A DNA stretch of 63,777 nucleotides, counting the filler, from Octopus bimaculoides (Eukaryota), in NCBI RefSeq assembly GCF_001194135.2. It is 5 parts of 5 records of this genome, joined end to end, with 100 filler letters (N's around TTAATTAATTAA, not from the genome) between each part and the next. Parts side by side here need not be neighbours in the genome. Positions count along the whole stretch, not along the records: positions 12,975 to 34,480 come from NC_068981.1; positions 34,581 to 59,090 come from NC_068983.1; 3 more parts are not named here. One strand, 5' to 3'. The translations under genes and the position numbers were made by a program. The notes beneath the pieces are model-generated. The model had not been told where the DNA came from, searched no databases, and saw only the letters and a list, made by a program, of their open reading frames with translations. Below are positions 23,308-36,580 of the stretch, one piece after another. Numbering within the stretch: position 1 is the stretch's first letter; each line of letters opens with the position of its first letter.

Positions 23308-25041
23308 TCTTATACGTACATAAAACCAAGTTGTCTGTTTGTCTATTTGTGTCAAGTTACTGTCTAGACCTGTTAACGAATTTTCGTGAAACTTTGCAAA
23401 CATGCTAAAGTAGCATCCAGTTTGTTACTAGGCTCGTTGAAGTTTAATAAAAATTGGATGGCTACGGCCCCTAGAAGGGATCCACATATATAACCATTAC
23501 CTGCCAAGGGAAATAACCAATTCCTTTTCCAATATATAATAAATGAAAAAATGCATAATAAATACTTCTTGATTTATTATACATTACGTGGACATTCTTA
23601 CAAGAAATTGTCAGACAAGATGAGTGATTTATTTGGTATAAATCAAGTTGAGTATGTTTATTTCTTGGTATTTGAACTGTTAGAGTTATTTTCGCAATTT
23701 ATTCAGTACAACCCTTAAACAAGTAAATAGTGACTTATTCACAAATATACCATGAATGGCGATGCCTTTCATGTCATTTCAGCCAACTGGCAAGCGCTGC
23801 ATGAAGAACTGTTCTGCTTTTAGACAAATGCACTGTCATCACAAATGTCACACCCTGTTTATATGTAGGAACACCTTAATTTATATTGATTGATGTGTTA
23901 GTGTTTTGTAACGATGTACTCTATGTAAGAACCAACCACACAAGCAGACAGAAATCGCCATTTATATATCAATAACATTGCAATCTGCACTGTCCTCATA
24001 CAGTTCACTTGCTGTTTTTATGTAAGAACATTTTCTTAATTCATATTGATAGCTGTGTTGATGCTTTCGTAACATGTTCCTTTTACTTTTCTTTAACGGC
24101 CAAGGGGAAATAACCCATTTAAAATCCCTTATTTTTCTTTTCCGCCTACTGGTCATCTGCCTTGTCATAAAGGTCACACGCTGTTTCGATGTAGGAACAC
24201 TTTTTTAAAAAAAAGATCAAGTCTGAGTTCCCACCTGTGCGCGCACGAAAACTGCGGTAAAAGCGTTCAACAATAGATCCACATATTTATGTTAATGTTT
24301 TGTACACTATGTAACAACCAACCACACAAGCAGGCAGAAATAGCCATTTATCTATCAATAACACTGCATTCTGCACTGTATTCATACAGTTCACACACTG
24401 TTTACATGTCGGAACATTTTCTTAATTGGTAGCTTTGTTGATGTTTTCGTAAGTATTGTAAATGATTTGATAATCTGCATGTTCTTTTATTTTAAAATCT
24501 ATATGCAAATTTATTTGTATGTCTACTGTAAAATTAAATGTCAGTCTGTTGCTACATTCATTGTAAACCTATTTCAACACTAGCGCCCCTGAGGGTAATA
24601 TTCTGTGGGAACGCACAAAAGCCCTTTTCAGAGTTATTTACTTTGAATTGTTATTGTCTCATATCTGATTAGCCTGTTATTACGTAAAATGCTTCACGAT
24701 TTTGGTATACATAGCTTATTAGTATTTCCTCCTAAGTTCTATATACTCTGGGAACGCATTAAAGCCCTTCTAGAGGCTACTTTATTTGAATTCTTACTAT
24801 CGGGTAGCTAATTTCATATTATTACGTAACTGACTTCACAATTTGAGTATTCATAACTCATTGAGATTTCCTAAAAACAACATCCTATGTAAGACAGTTC
24901 GGTATTCTCTGTAAATGTACTAAAACTGTTTTAGGGGCTACATACTTTGTATTGTTGTTATTGGATTAGCGAAACAATTGTGAGAACGGAACCAAGGGAT
25001 AAGCCCCGCTTTTCCGGGAATTACCGGGTACGTCAGCTTGT
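23308..25041 (+). mobile_element. Putative non-autonomous Helitron-like element with internal direct repeats
   Basis: 5' TC..ATAAAACCAAGTTGTCTGTTTGTCT; a 3' GC hairpin at 25013-25028 followed by CTTGT (CTAGT-like); internal duplications of about 200 bp and about 110 bp. Confidence 0.5.
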
Positions 25042-25843
25042 ATATATATANNNNNNNNNNNNNNNNNNNNNNNNNNNNNNNNNNNNNNNNNNNNNNNNNN
25101 NNNNNNNNNNNNNNNNNNNNNNNNNNNNNNNNNNNNNNNNNNNNNNNNNNNNNNNNNNNNNNNNNNNNNNNNNNNNNNNNNNNNNNNNNNNNNNNNNNNN
25201 NNNNNNNNNNNNNNNNNNNNNNNNNNNNNNNNNNNNNNNNNNNNNNNNNNNNNNNNNNNNNNNNNNNNNNNNNNNNNNNNNNNNNNNNNNNNNNNNNNNN
25301 NNNNNNNNNNNNNNNNNNNNNNNNNNNNNNNNNNNNNNNNNNNNNNNNNNNNNNNNNNNNNNNNNNNNNNNNNNNNNNNNNNNNNNNNNNNNNNNNNNNN
25401 NNNNNNNNNNNNNNNNNNNNNNNNNNNNNNNNNNNNNNNNNNNNNNNNNNNNNNNNNNNNNNNNNNNNNNNNNNNNNNNNNNNNNNNNNNNNNNNNNNNN
25501 NNNNNNNNNNNNNNNNNNNNNNNNNNNNNNNNNNNNNNNNNNNNNNNNNNNNNNNNNNNNNNNNNNNNNNNNNNNNNNNNNNNNNNNNNNNNNNNNNNNN
25601 NNNNNNNNNNNNNNNNNNNNNNNNNNNNNNNNNNNNNNNNNNNNNNNNNNNNNNNNNNNNNNNNNNNNNNNNNNNNNNNNNNNNNNNNNNNNNNNNNNNN
25701 NNNNNNNNNNNNNNNNNNNNNNNNNNNNNNNNNNNNNNNNNNNNNNNNNNNNNNNNNNNNNNNNNNNNNNNNNNNNNNNNNNNNNNNNNNNNNNNNNNNN
25801 NNNNNNNNNNNNNNNNNNNTCAGACATCTGCATGTAGATGTAT

Positions 25844-25884
<41 letters not shown>

Positions 25885-27734
25885 GCATTTACTATTTTTA
25901 GTTATATGATAATTTTTCTATCCTTGCAGCAATATTTCCTTAATTATCTACTTCAATATTTCTTTCTTTTGTTCCTCATTTGTTTCTCTTTTCTTTCCCT
26001 ACCTCCCTCTCTGCTCCACTCGCTCATTCATTCAGTACAACGATTGAGGAAACCATAAGACATTGTCACAGGACTATATTACTAAATCACATGATCTTAA
26101 ACTTCATGTCGTCCCGTAGAGAAGTCGTTCATATTTTATTCGCCTTTTAGTTTTCGCTCGAAATAGTTTCTTTACCCGTTTCTTTCTTTTCTTGTCGGTC
26201 TGCCACCGCTTTGCTACCCCCATTTACTCCCCAAGTTTGCAAGAGATTGGGTGACACTATGGGTTCTTGTGCTGTGTAAAGGCTGCGCTTATCTCATTGC
26301 TTTTGTTTCACTCTCGCGGCGGGGCACTGTTCCAGAACAGTTCTACGTTTTTCGAGGATCATTAAAACTTATATGCCAGTACTGACCTATACCCAACCGC
26401 ATATACTTTTTAGTCACCTCTACGTTCCTTAACCGCTCAAATGTACTACAAAGTGTGTGTGTGTTTGGGGCACAATGAGCCAATGACTTCCGACTGTGAT
26501 ACTTGTGTTTCGCTGAACCATATATTGTGGTATGACTTATGGTTAGGTATGTGACGCACTAACTAGGCCTGTCTAACATATCGCCTTCAATACTGAAACG
26601 AAATACACTCGTATATGCGGTCGCGATTGAAGAAAATCTCATTATCCCAAACAACTGAGAAAGCTTGATTTAGTAGTCCTGTTAGGAATAAACTGAACTC
26701 CTCTTCGCATTTCGAGGTGCAGAAGTATATCATTCATTCTTGAATTTTTAACTCCTCCAAGCAGACATATTCTTTTGTGATATATCGATCTCTGACCGGA
26801 TTCGTTCAATATTCAATTCCTACCTATTATTAGTGTTAGCAAAGCTACTACCATTTGCAAAATTTCCTTTTGACAAAATGTGTTCGAATGTTGCTATTGC
26901 TGCAGCTGCCAAGCGTGTTGTTAGTATTGTTCACATTACTACCATCATTTTTGTGTTTGTCTCTTCGTTGTTTGGAGTTTGTTTTCTGTGTAGTTGTCCT
27001 TATTTCCAGGAAAGCTTTTAGAAACATTTTGCTGCCACAAATGTCATAGCTGAGTTGTCTTCCTTAGATGCTGAGCTTTAAAGGCTTCCTCTCAACAAGA
27101 CAAGAGTTTTGATATTCTTTTATGGCCTTGCAGTCACGAAGACTTGAATGTCGAGTGCTGATCCACCTGACCACATATCGTTAAATATTGCGTCAGTTCT
27201 GACCACCTGCCCATTCTTTCCCATGAATCAGACTACTATGCAAGAGTCAGCATCGTCACCGATATTCATGACAGCGATCCTTTCGCCCCTCCTCTTTAAA
27301 TACCGCAGAACCAGCTTAGAGTGATATAACGCTTACTATTTGAACTTGAATTATTATTTGTCTTTCTTTTAAAGATTGCGCTTATAATGCTATGAGCCAT
27401 TCCTTTCCTAGTGTAGAACATTTCACTTAAAATTCATGTTTGGAAATATTTTTGGGAAGACAGAGTCAGGTTGCTTTTTTTTTTTCTCTCACAGATATCT
27501 GCAAGTGTCTGTGGAAGACTTATCTCTATTAAATGTACAAGATGTTGCATGGCTTTCAATCTTTCCAGGAAAATATTCCATATCAAGAGTGATATGAGTA
27601 TAAGTAATCGAAAAGCACCAGCAAAAACCGATTTTTCATGGTTATACCCTTAGCGATATATGTGCATGCTGACAAGATCTCTACGTACGTTATTGAGTTA
27701 AAATGTTTGGTTTTCCTTTAAATCATGTATTTAT

Positions 27735-27962
27735 TCTTTATTTCTTTATTGCCCTCAGGGGACTAAATATAGAGTGAACAAACAAGGACAGATTGAGTCG
27801 ATTACATCGACCCCAGTGTGTAACTGATGCTTATTTAATCGGTCCCGAAAGGATGAAAAGCAAAGTCGACCTCGGTAGAGTTTGAACTCATAGCGTAACG
27901 GCAGACGAAATACCACTAAGCATTTCGCCCAGCGTGCTAACGATTCTGCCAGCTCACCGCCC
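27735..27962 (-). mobile_element. SINE family B variant
   Basis: Reverse complement of GGCGGTGAGCTGGCAGAATCGTTAGCACGC..GAGTTCAAA. Confidence 0.85.
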
Positions 27963-28344
27963 TTTTTTATATTTTATTTGCAATTAAGTTACCATTCAGC
28001 GTTTTGATTGTGTCTGCGCTTAAAATGTACTACTTTGTACAGTTTAGGCTTTGTAAGTGTGTGTGTGTGTCTACGTGTGGGAGGGTATTTAGTGTGAATG
28101 TTCATGGTCATTAGGTTTTGATTGTTACATGAGAGAAGAACTCGAAATGTAGTTAAAAAATAAGCAAAATCCTCATTAATTCTTTCCTCAACCACTGTAA
28201 AGGGGAGACTCTTAACTCTATGAAGTAATCTGTAAGCGAGCAGTTTTGGTAAAAACTCTATTTCAGATTGTAAAATACTTTGAGAGAGGGAGTCTTGAAA
28301 ACAAACGTCTACTTCGTATGCAGTGAATAATAATAATAATAATA

Positions 28345-28474
28345 AAGTGATTTTAAATTCTCAATCGCAGTCCACAGCTAGCCACCTACACTTTTCTCTG
28401 CAAAATAGGGGTAGTTTATCCTGTTCAGGCTATATTATTAGCATTATTCTGCGATTGAGAATTTAAAATCACTT
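28345..28474. mobile_element. Small MITE-like element with perfect 26-bp inverted ends
   Basis: AAGTGATTTTAAATTCTCAATCGCAG (28345-28370) and its exact reverse complement (28449-28474). Confidence 0.7.
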
Positions 28475-29795
28475 CTTTAACTTTCTAAAAGACATCTCAA
28501 CGCTTCTAAAAGCAAACATCGTTTGTTTATTTACGTTTGTCGTAATTTGAATGTAATAATAATAATAAGAAGAATAAGAATAAGATTTGTTTTAAATTTA
28601 GGAACAAGGCCAGCAATTTTGATGGGAGAGGTTAGTCGATACCATTGACCTCGGTGAGGATTTGAACTTAAAACATAACGGGCCAGAAGAAATGTTGCAA
28701 ACAGTTTTTCCGATGCTCTAACAACAGAAAAAAGTCTTGCAGTATTTATTTCGTTTCTTTAATGTTGAGTCCAAATCCCCGCCGAGATCAATTTTGCTTT
28801 TCATCCTTGCGTATCCAATAGAATATTTGCTTTTCATCCTCCCGTGTCCAATAAAATAAAGTACAAGTCAAGTACGGATTCAATGGTAGCAATTAAACAC
28901 TCTGCTCAAAATTGTTAACCTTTTTCAATGGTAGCAATATTTTATTCCTTATAACGAATTTCTGTTGAGATTCACGTAGCAGAATACTTCAGTATACATG
29001 CTTTATACCATCCAGTCCAACATATTTGGAAGAATAAGCTATTGTTGCTTTGGATTGTTTTGGCGTAAATATGAACCAATAGTTTCAACGTTAAATACAA
29101 TACAATTCAAAAATGTATGCCATTGACTTCCTAACATTACAAACCTGACTGAAAGGGATTGGTATTTAAGCGTATATAAATGTCAGTAGAGAAAGAAATA
29201 AATGTTTAAATGACCTCAGTATTTACTGGGTCAAGACACTTTCAAATAACACATGGAATTATCCATAAACTTTATCATTAAAAACAGAACTGAGTTGCTG
29301 ATGTAAACAAAAATGAAAAGAAAGTAAAGAGGTATTTACGGAAATAAATAAACAAAATAAATAAGTTTAAAACTTCAGTTTGGTTAGCTTTATTCGCTTT
29401 CTTTCTTATTACGTAAACCATATCATTTACAACAGTGAATGACTAAAACTGTTAAACAAGGAAAATACTATAAACAAAAACATGCTGAAAATGAAATTAA
29501 GAACAAGGAGATTGTGGGGGTGGGGTGTATTTAAATAAATAACAAAAATAATTACAACGAGGGAAGTATGGTTTTACATTTTGACATCTTCATGTTCGTT
29601 TTAAGGCGATAAGGAGAAAAGCTGCAAACGGAATTAATAGACCAATAGATAAATAGATATATAAATACTTTTAAATTTGTGTATGCGATGATGAAAAGCA
29701 ATGCTTAGGGCCAAATATTTTAGCACTGTTGGTACAGAAGGGTGTGAATGTTATATGTGTTTGTGAAAAAAAGAAGAAAACGCAATGTAGGGAAA

Positions 29796-29842
<47 letters not shown>

Positions 29843-29874
29843 TATATATACATACATACATACATACATATATA

Positions 29875-30689
29875 TTGGGTCATTCCATAAATAATGCGGT
29901 TTTTTCAATTGCATGAACTAAAGCAGGTACTAATTTTACCTTGTACTTATTCCTAGTGCAAGTTTTGAAGAGTGCAGTTCGATTTTAATTGTTATTTTGT
30001 GAAAGCTATAATGGAAGTGACAAATGAGCATATTCGGCACATTTTGTTTTATGAGTTCATTAAAGGCAACAACGCAACGGATTGTGTGAGGAATATTAAT
30101 GCAGTATATGGAGGATCGTAAATAAACGTAAGCCAGTATCAATGGTGGTTCCAGAAATTCCGAGTCGGAAACTACAGCCTAGAAGACGAGCCACGTCCTG
30201 AAAGATCTGTAGAGCTCGACGAGGATGTCCTGAAAGCATGGTGAAACAAAATCCCATTCTAACTGTTGAGGAACTAGCAGAGAAGCGTGGATTTGGTCAT
30301 TCAACCAGTTATTCAAATCGGCGCTAAAAGGAAAAACACCATGTTTGCTCTGAAGATGGAAGGTGTTCTTCCTTCAGGATAATGCTCGGTCACATATAGC
30401 GAGGATGATATTCCAAAGGCTGATTATCATTTATTCTGCAGTTTTCGATATCATTTGGACATAAAAAATATGAATTCTGTAGCCGAGGTCAGAACAGTAC
30501 TAGAGGAGTACTTTTCGTTACAGACAAGTGAATTTTGAAAGAGGTGCTTTGCAAGTCTACCAGATAGATGGAAGAACATTGTAGAAAATGAAAGAGGGTA
30601 TATTTTAGATAAAAAACAAAACAAAAAACAAACTATGTTTATCTTAATTTCGAAAGAAAAAAGTCCTCATTATTTAAGGCATGACCCAA
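29875..30689 (+). mobile_element. Internally deleted mariner transposon with both TIRs
   Basis: TIRs TTGGGTCATTCCATAAATAATGCGG and the inverted CCTCATTATTTAAGGCATGACCCAA, flanked by TA. From 30011: MEVTNEHIRHILFYEFIKGNNAT..WWFQKFRVGNYSLEDEPRPERSVELDEDVL, with frameshifts. Confidence 0.92.
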
Positions 30690-31148
30690 TANNNNNNNNN
30701 NNNNNNNNNNNNNNNNNNNNNNNNNNNNNNNNNNNNNNNNNNNNNNNNNNNNNNNNNNNNNNNNNNNNNNNNNNNNNNNNNNNNNNNNNNNNNNNNNNNN
30801 NNNNNNNNNNNNNNNNNNNNNNNNNNNNNNNNNNNNNNNNNNNNNNNNNNNNNNNNNNNNNNNNNNNNNNNNNNNNNNNNNNNNNNNNNNNNNNNNNNNN
30901 NNNNNNNNNNNNNNNNNNNNNNNNNNNNNNNNNNNNNNNNNNNNNNNNNNNNNNNNNNNNNNNNNNNNNNNNNNNNNNNNNNNNNNNNNNNNNNNNNNNN
31001 NNNNNNNNNNNNNNNNNNNNNNNNNNNNNNNNNNNNNNNNNNNNNNNNNNNNNNNNNNNNNNNNNNNNNNNNNNNNNNNNNNNNNNNNNNNNNNNNNNNN
31101 NNNNNNNNNNNNNNNNNNNNNNNNNNNNNNNNNNNNNNNNNNNNNNNT

Positions 31149-32400
31149 ACCACTGTGGTCTTTCTGATTTCCTCAGTCTGAGGTGTTTCACATCCCTACT
31201 CCTGTATGTGCCTTTGTCCCAGCTGTTGACTCGCTTGGTGTATAAAGGAGTTTGATTCCGCTGCCCTCGATTGCACCTCATGTTGGGCTGTTGGTTCATC
31301 CAGTATTGAGGAGAGGAGGATGTCTAGTTCCTTTTTGAAGACATCTACTTCCACCTTTTGCAGATTTCTTAATTGGCAAGGCAATGAACAGTTGTGGGCC
31401 TTTGAACCATATACTATTGCAGTACCTGTTTCTGAATTTAGATAGAGTGGATGGTACCTTTGGTACAATACAATGGCGGCCAGTTCTGGCATTTGTATAA
31501 CACTGAATGCCGAAATCAGGTACCAGCCCTTCCAGAGTTTTCCATTTGCAGATTATTGCATATATGTCTCACGCCTTCGCTCCAGGGAATAAAGTTGCAG
31601 TTTTCTCAGCCTATCCCTGTATCTCATCCTCTGCACTGTTTTAATCTTTTTAGTTCTGTTTTAATCTTTTTAGTTCTATTTTAATCTTTTTAGTTTAGTG
31701 GCATTGGACTGCTTCAAACTCCACTGTTAGTTTGGTACTATGTAGTGACTGGGAGCAGTAGTCCAGGCAGCTGATAGCAAATGTTCTTCACAGGTTCAAC
31801 TATTCCTTGGTCTCTTGTCTTGAAGGACCTCAGTATCCATCCTGCCAGTTGTCTACACTTTGTTACCATCTTGGTAATGTGCATATAGAATGATGTGTCA
31901 TGTCGCATAGTGATCCCCAAGTCTTTCACTGCCTATGATTCTGGGATTGTAGTGCCTTCGGGCCTTGTATATGCAGGCCGTAGTGCATTCGTGAGTTGGT
32001 AGTGCAGTGCTTGAAATTTTTCGGCATTAAACTGCATGCAGTTTACTTCGGCCCAATTCTATATCGAATTCAGTTCCCACCGTAAGCTTGCGACATCATC
32101 TTGATTTTTTAAAATTTCCTGTGATAATTTTGTACCATCGGCATAGTTAGTGACAATGGCTGTCCGAGCGACAGTGGGCATGTCTAAGAGGGCTATTATG
32201 AACAGTTATGGCCCTAGAACAGTTCTCTGGGGGGCGCTACTTAGGATTTGAGTTTCCTGAAATTGACTGCAACTATCTGACTTCTGTCTTTAAGAAAGTC
32301 ATGCAGCCACTCTCCCAGTTTACCACCAATGCCAAGGTCTCAGCTTGTGACATATCATACCGTGACTTTTTGGGGGCACGAAAAGGAAAGCAGCTCTGTT
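31149..32400 (-). mobile_element. CR1-type LINE, reverse transcriptase and C-terminus, decayed
   Basis: Minus frames give LRDLGIGGKLGEWLHDFLKDRSQIV, APQRTVLGP*LFII, NYADGTK (a YADD-like motif), KDLGITM..FYMHITKMVTKCRQLAGWILRSF and SLPCQLRNL..DVFKKELDILLSSILDEP. Confidence 0.9.
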
Positions 32401-34024
32401 ATGTCAGGTGACTATGGTGAAACATGTAGAGTGGTAGACAAGATTGAGAGGACAGGAGACAAGGAATTGCTTATTCTAGACCCATCATCAAGATTTTCAA
32501 GTACCACTTAAAAAGAAGGGTGAGGGTGGTGAGTAAGTGCTGTAGAATCAATAGAGCACCACTCTAAATAGTTTGTGGTATTTAATTTTGGCTCTTTTTG
32601 TTTTTAATTTAAATTATTCATATGTCTTTAAGTCTTTTAGGCCCAAAGTTCCCTACCAGGGAGCTATTTTGCACCCAACACACACTCAGATGTACACATT
32701 TTCAGTTATGTATTACAGACTCATTATTGATCTTTTCATGGCCACTTCTAATAGTACACAAACATACACGTGAAAGGGCGATATTGCCTTTCTCTTCTTA
32801 TTAACCTTTCACATATAGATGTCATCCACACACACACACATTACAGACACCTTACACTAGGGGTATACTGCATTCTTAGAACAGAGACTTTGAAAGCATC
32901 TTTCAATAAGGACATGATAACTTAGTTTCCTCTAACACTGTAAAGACATTCGCTGCACTTATCAAGAATACAATTCTTGTCTCAAACCATCTATATACAT
33001 GCAAAACTAAAAACATTTAACGTTATCTTCTGATTATCAAACACTCATTTGATTTCAGCAGTCTATGAAGACATTGCTCTCCCTCCTATTTTTAGGAAAT
33101 AATAAATAAATAGTGACTTTGTAGCAATGCTAGCAATTATTTTTCAGATTAACAGAGTTAAAATGCATTAGTGCATTGTTAAAATAACTCACGAATACAA
33201 ACCTCTCTTTGATGCATACCCACCCACATATAACAACTTCCTCACACTGTACAATCACACATTTAAATACCCACGCACGAAATTTCACAAAAACCCATGT
33301 ATACACAAACTTGATTTCATACATACTTTAATATACATAAGCATTGGTGCTCAATCACGCATGTCCGCAGACAAACATTTCTCGCCGACGCGTTTACAAA
33401 CACATAAATCAATGTACATATTTTTTTATTCTTTTCAAATTATATAAAACATAAATGCGTTTAAGTGCAGAAACAGATGACGAAAATATGCATTGCAAGT
33501 ATAATTCATTCAAGGCTGATGATTCGCTAGACGAAGGTATAAACGCACTAAAGTGGGGCGGTGGATCAATTATCTTCGAATTTTACACACACANNNNNNN
33601 NNNNNNNNNNNNNNNNNNNNNNNNNNNNNNNNNNNNNNNNNNNNNNNNNNNNNNNNNNNNNNNNNNNNNNNNNNNNNNNNNNNNNNNNNNNNNNNNNNNN
33701 NNNNNNNNNNNNNNNNNNNNNNNNNNNNNNNNNNNNNNNNNNNNNNNNNNNNNNNNNNNNNNNNNNNNNNNNNNNNNNNNNNNNNNNNNNNNNNNNNNNN
33801 NNNNNNNNNNNNNNNNNNNNNNNNNNNNNNNNNNNNNNNNNNNNNNNNNNNNNNNNNNNNNNNNNNNNNNNNNNNNNNNNNNNNNNNNNNNNNNNNNNNN
33901 NNNNNNNNNNNNNNNNNNNNNNNNNNNNNNNNNNNNNNNNNNNNNNNNNNNNNNNNNNNNNNNNNNNNNNNNNNNNNNNNNNNNNNNNNNNNTAGACGCT
34001 CAGGAAAGGAAAGAGAGAGTGTAT

Positions 34025-34055
34025 GACGTTTCGGGCGTAGCCCTTCGTCGGAAAG
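34025..34055 (-). ncRNA. Penelope-type hammerhead ribozyme motif with GUC cleavage triplet (U4->C, stem I lost)
   Basis: Minus strand reads CTTT-CcGACGA-A-GGGC(tac)GCCC-GAA-ACGT-C. Confidence 0.6.
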
Positions 34056-34580
34056 ATGGAAAGTTCGGAGAATGGAAGAACAGAGAAAGAGGAAAATGGT
34101 ACCGATGCCCACGAGGTTACATTGTGAAAAGACCGGACGAGGAGGTGGTTGGGGAAAAATTCTTTCTAAGACAGGAGAGTGAAAAAGGGAGATGAATATC
34201 TGTGCGTGCGCGAGAGTCTGCGAGTGTGTGTGTGATAACAGAACGTGTGTGTGCGTATGTATGTGTGTGTGTGTGTGCATGGTTTGGTGGTTTATCTGTA
34301 AGTGTGTTTGTGTGTGTGTGTGTGTGTGTATGACGTAGCGGAAGGAATTAGTAGCAGGGATGGTTAGTGGACGCTTATAGACAGTGTTAGGTAGAAGGTC
34401 AACAGGTGGTTTTTTGAGTATGTGTGTGTTCGTGTTTGTGTGGGGTTGTAGGTGTTGGGTACGTGTACGTGTGTGTGTGTNNNNNNNNNNNNNNNNNNNN
34501 NNNNNNNNNNNNNNNNNNNNNNNNTTAATTAATTAANNNNNNNNNNNNNNNNNNNNNNNNNNNNNNNNNNNNNNNNNNNN

Positions 34581-34627
<47 letters not shown>

Positions 34628-34859
34628 ATGTCTGATTGTATGTGAAAGAAAGAAAGATAAATAGAATTTTATATTAATATTCATAGGATCGTTTCCCCAT
34701 TATGGTTCTTCGGAATACCGGAGAAACATGTAGGAAATTATGTATAAACTTATGTTCATCCTTCCTGTTTGAATATTTGCTCTGCAGTTGAGAACTGATA
34801 ATACACTTCAATACAGTAGTACAAACAATACAGAAAGCAAACTGTGTCAAGTATGACTA

Positions 34860-34916
<57 letters not shown>

Positions 34917-35071
34917 CTCTGTCTATCTATCTATCTATCTATCTATCTGTCTGTCTATCTATTTATCTATTTATCTATTTATCTATACGTACATACATAC
35001 ATACATATATATACATACATACTTGCATACATACATACACACATACATACATACATACATACATACATACA

Positions 35072-35103
<32 letters not shown>

Positions 35104-35474
35104 GGTGTGTGTATATCCATGTGTATGTGCATAGATGTAGTGGATGGGTATTTCTTAGCTGTCAGTGCTGCTCTCAACATAGTAAGATTATGCGTTCTAT
35201 TCCTGGATTGGATGATGTGCTCTATTCTGAAAGAAAACGGCACATTTCCCGGCATTCCAGCACATTCAGCCTGGAAAAATAAGTAATCGTCCGAGAAAAA
35301 TACATAAGAGAAAAATTTCAAATAATCACTTACGGAATTATCAATAAATGTTATGAATCTTTAACTTAGTTAAATGAAACATATCGTTTATATTCAGTTT
35401 TATTTCTAATAAATCTATGCCGAGTTTGTTTGTTCTGATGAGAGTTAGAAATTTTGTTAAAATGTGTACGTGCG

Positions 35475-35690
35475 TGTGCTTTTGTGTTTGTATTTGATCC
35501 CTACTAACGCTTGACCATCAGTGTTGCTGGTTTTATGCCCCTGTAACCCAGCGTTTCAGTAAAAAGTTTTCGGATAGAAGTTTTAGGCTTAGAAATGGTA
35601 ACTAATTCTGAGGTCGATTCGTTCGATTAATGTTCTTCAAAGAGGTGCCCAATCATGGCTGCAGTCTAATGATCGAAAAAGTAAATGACG
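35475..35690 (+). mobile_element. SINE family A body and tail, degenerate
   Basis: CGCTTGACCA..GTGTTGCTGG..GTCGATTCGTTCGA..CATGGCTGCAGTCTAATGA. Confidence 0.65.
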
Positions 35691-35708
35691 AAAACCTACA
35701 TATATATA

Positions 35709-36045
35709 TTCGAGAACGTACTTAAAAGTAACCAGACATATTTTCTGTGGGACAAGCTCGTAATATTTCAGGCTTCTGTATCTACTCGATGCGACTGTTA
35801 GATATAAGTCTACCGACTGGCTTCGTCTGGTTAAGTTGCATTGTCACACGGTGCGTCATTGTTTAGGAGTACTTCGCACTTATTCGACGATTCTTGCGAT
35901 GGATGAAACGACGTAACAGCGTGCTTCCGTGACATTCTGCTTTCTGCTGGGGTTAACGGCGACCGGAACAGTTGTCATGCTCCAAACAGCTTTCAAGGAC
36001 GCTGCCATGAACAAAACAGAAGTTTACGAGTGCTACGGAATTTGA
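35709..36045 (+). mobile_element. Mariner 5' remnant
   Basis: TIR-like CGAGAACGTACTTAAAAGTAACCAGAC. From 35899: MDETT*QRASVTFCFLLGLTATGTVVMLQTAFKDAAMNKTEVYEC. Confidence 0.75.
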
Positions 36046-36369
36046 AAATGTGGAATAGGTGAAGAAATAAACAAATGAGGCGTTAAAAGGTGTCACTTCG
36101 TAAGACTTCCGGGACTGCTTTGAGTAGAGGAAAACGCGTCAGGAATACTAGTATGCGTAGTACCTTAGTCAAGTCGATGCACCATTGGTTCAACTCCTTG
36201 TGGTCACAAATGTTCGATATCTCTGATACTACATGGGAATACAGTAGTATTGATTTAAATTTGTATATGTCATCATTGGAGAATGTGGTTAAGTAATAGC
36301 AGATTTGGACAGAATTTGAACTCAGAGCGTAGAGACAGACAATCAAAGTTGAAATAATGACATGGGCTC

Positions 36370-36580
36370 ACAATTTTGGCCGTAGGCCAGCAGTTTCGGG
36401 GTAGGGGCTAAATTAATTAAATCGACACCTAGGTTCAACTGCTACTTGTTTTATCGATCCTGAAAGGATGAAAGGCAAAGACGATCCTGGTAGAATTTGA
36501 ACTCAAAACTTGAAGACGGACGAAATGTCGCTAAGCATTTCACCCAGCATGCTAACGATTCTACACGCTTGCCACCTTTG
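36370..36580 (-). mobile_element. SINE family B
   Basis: Reverse-complement homology to the 17151 unit. Confidence 0.8.
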
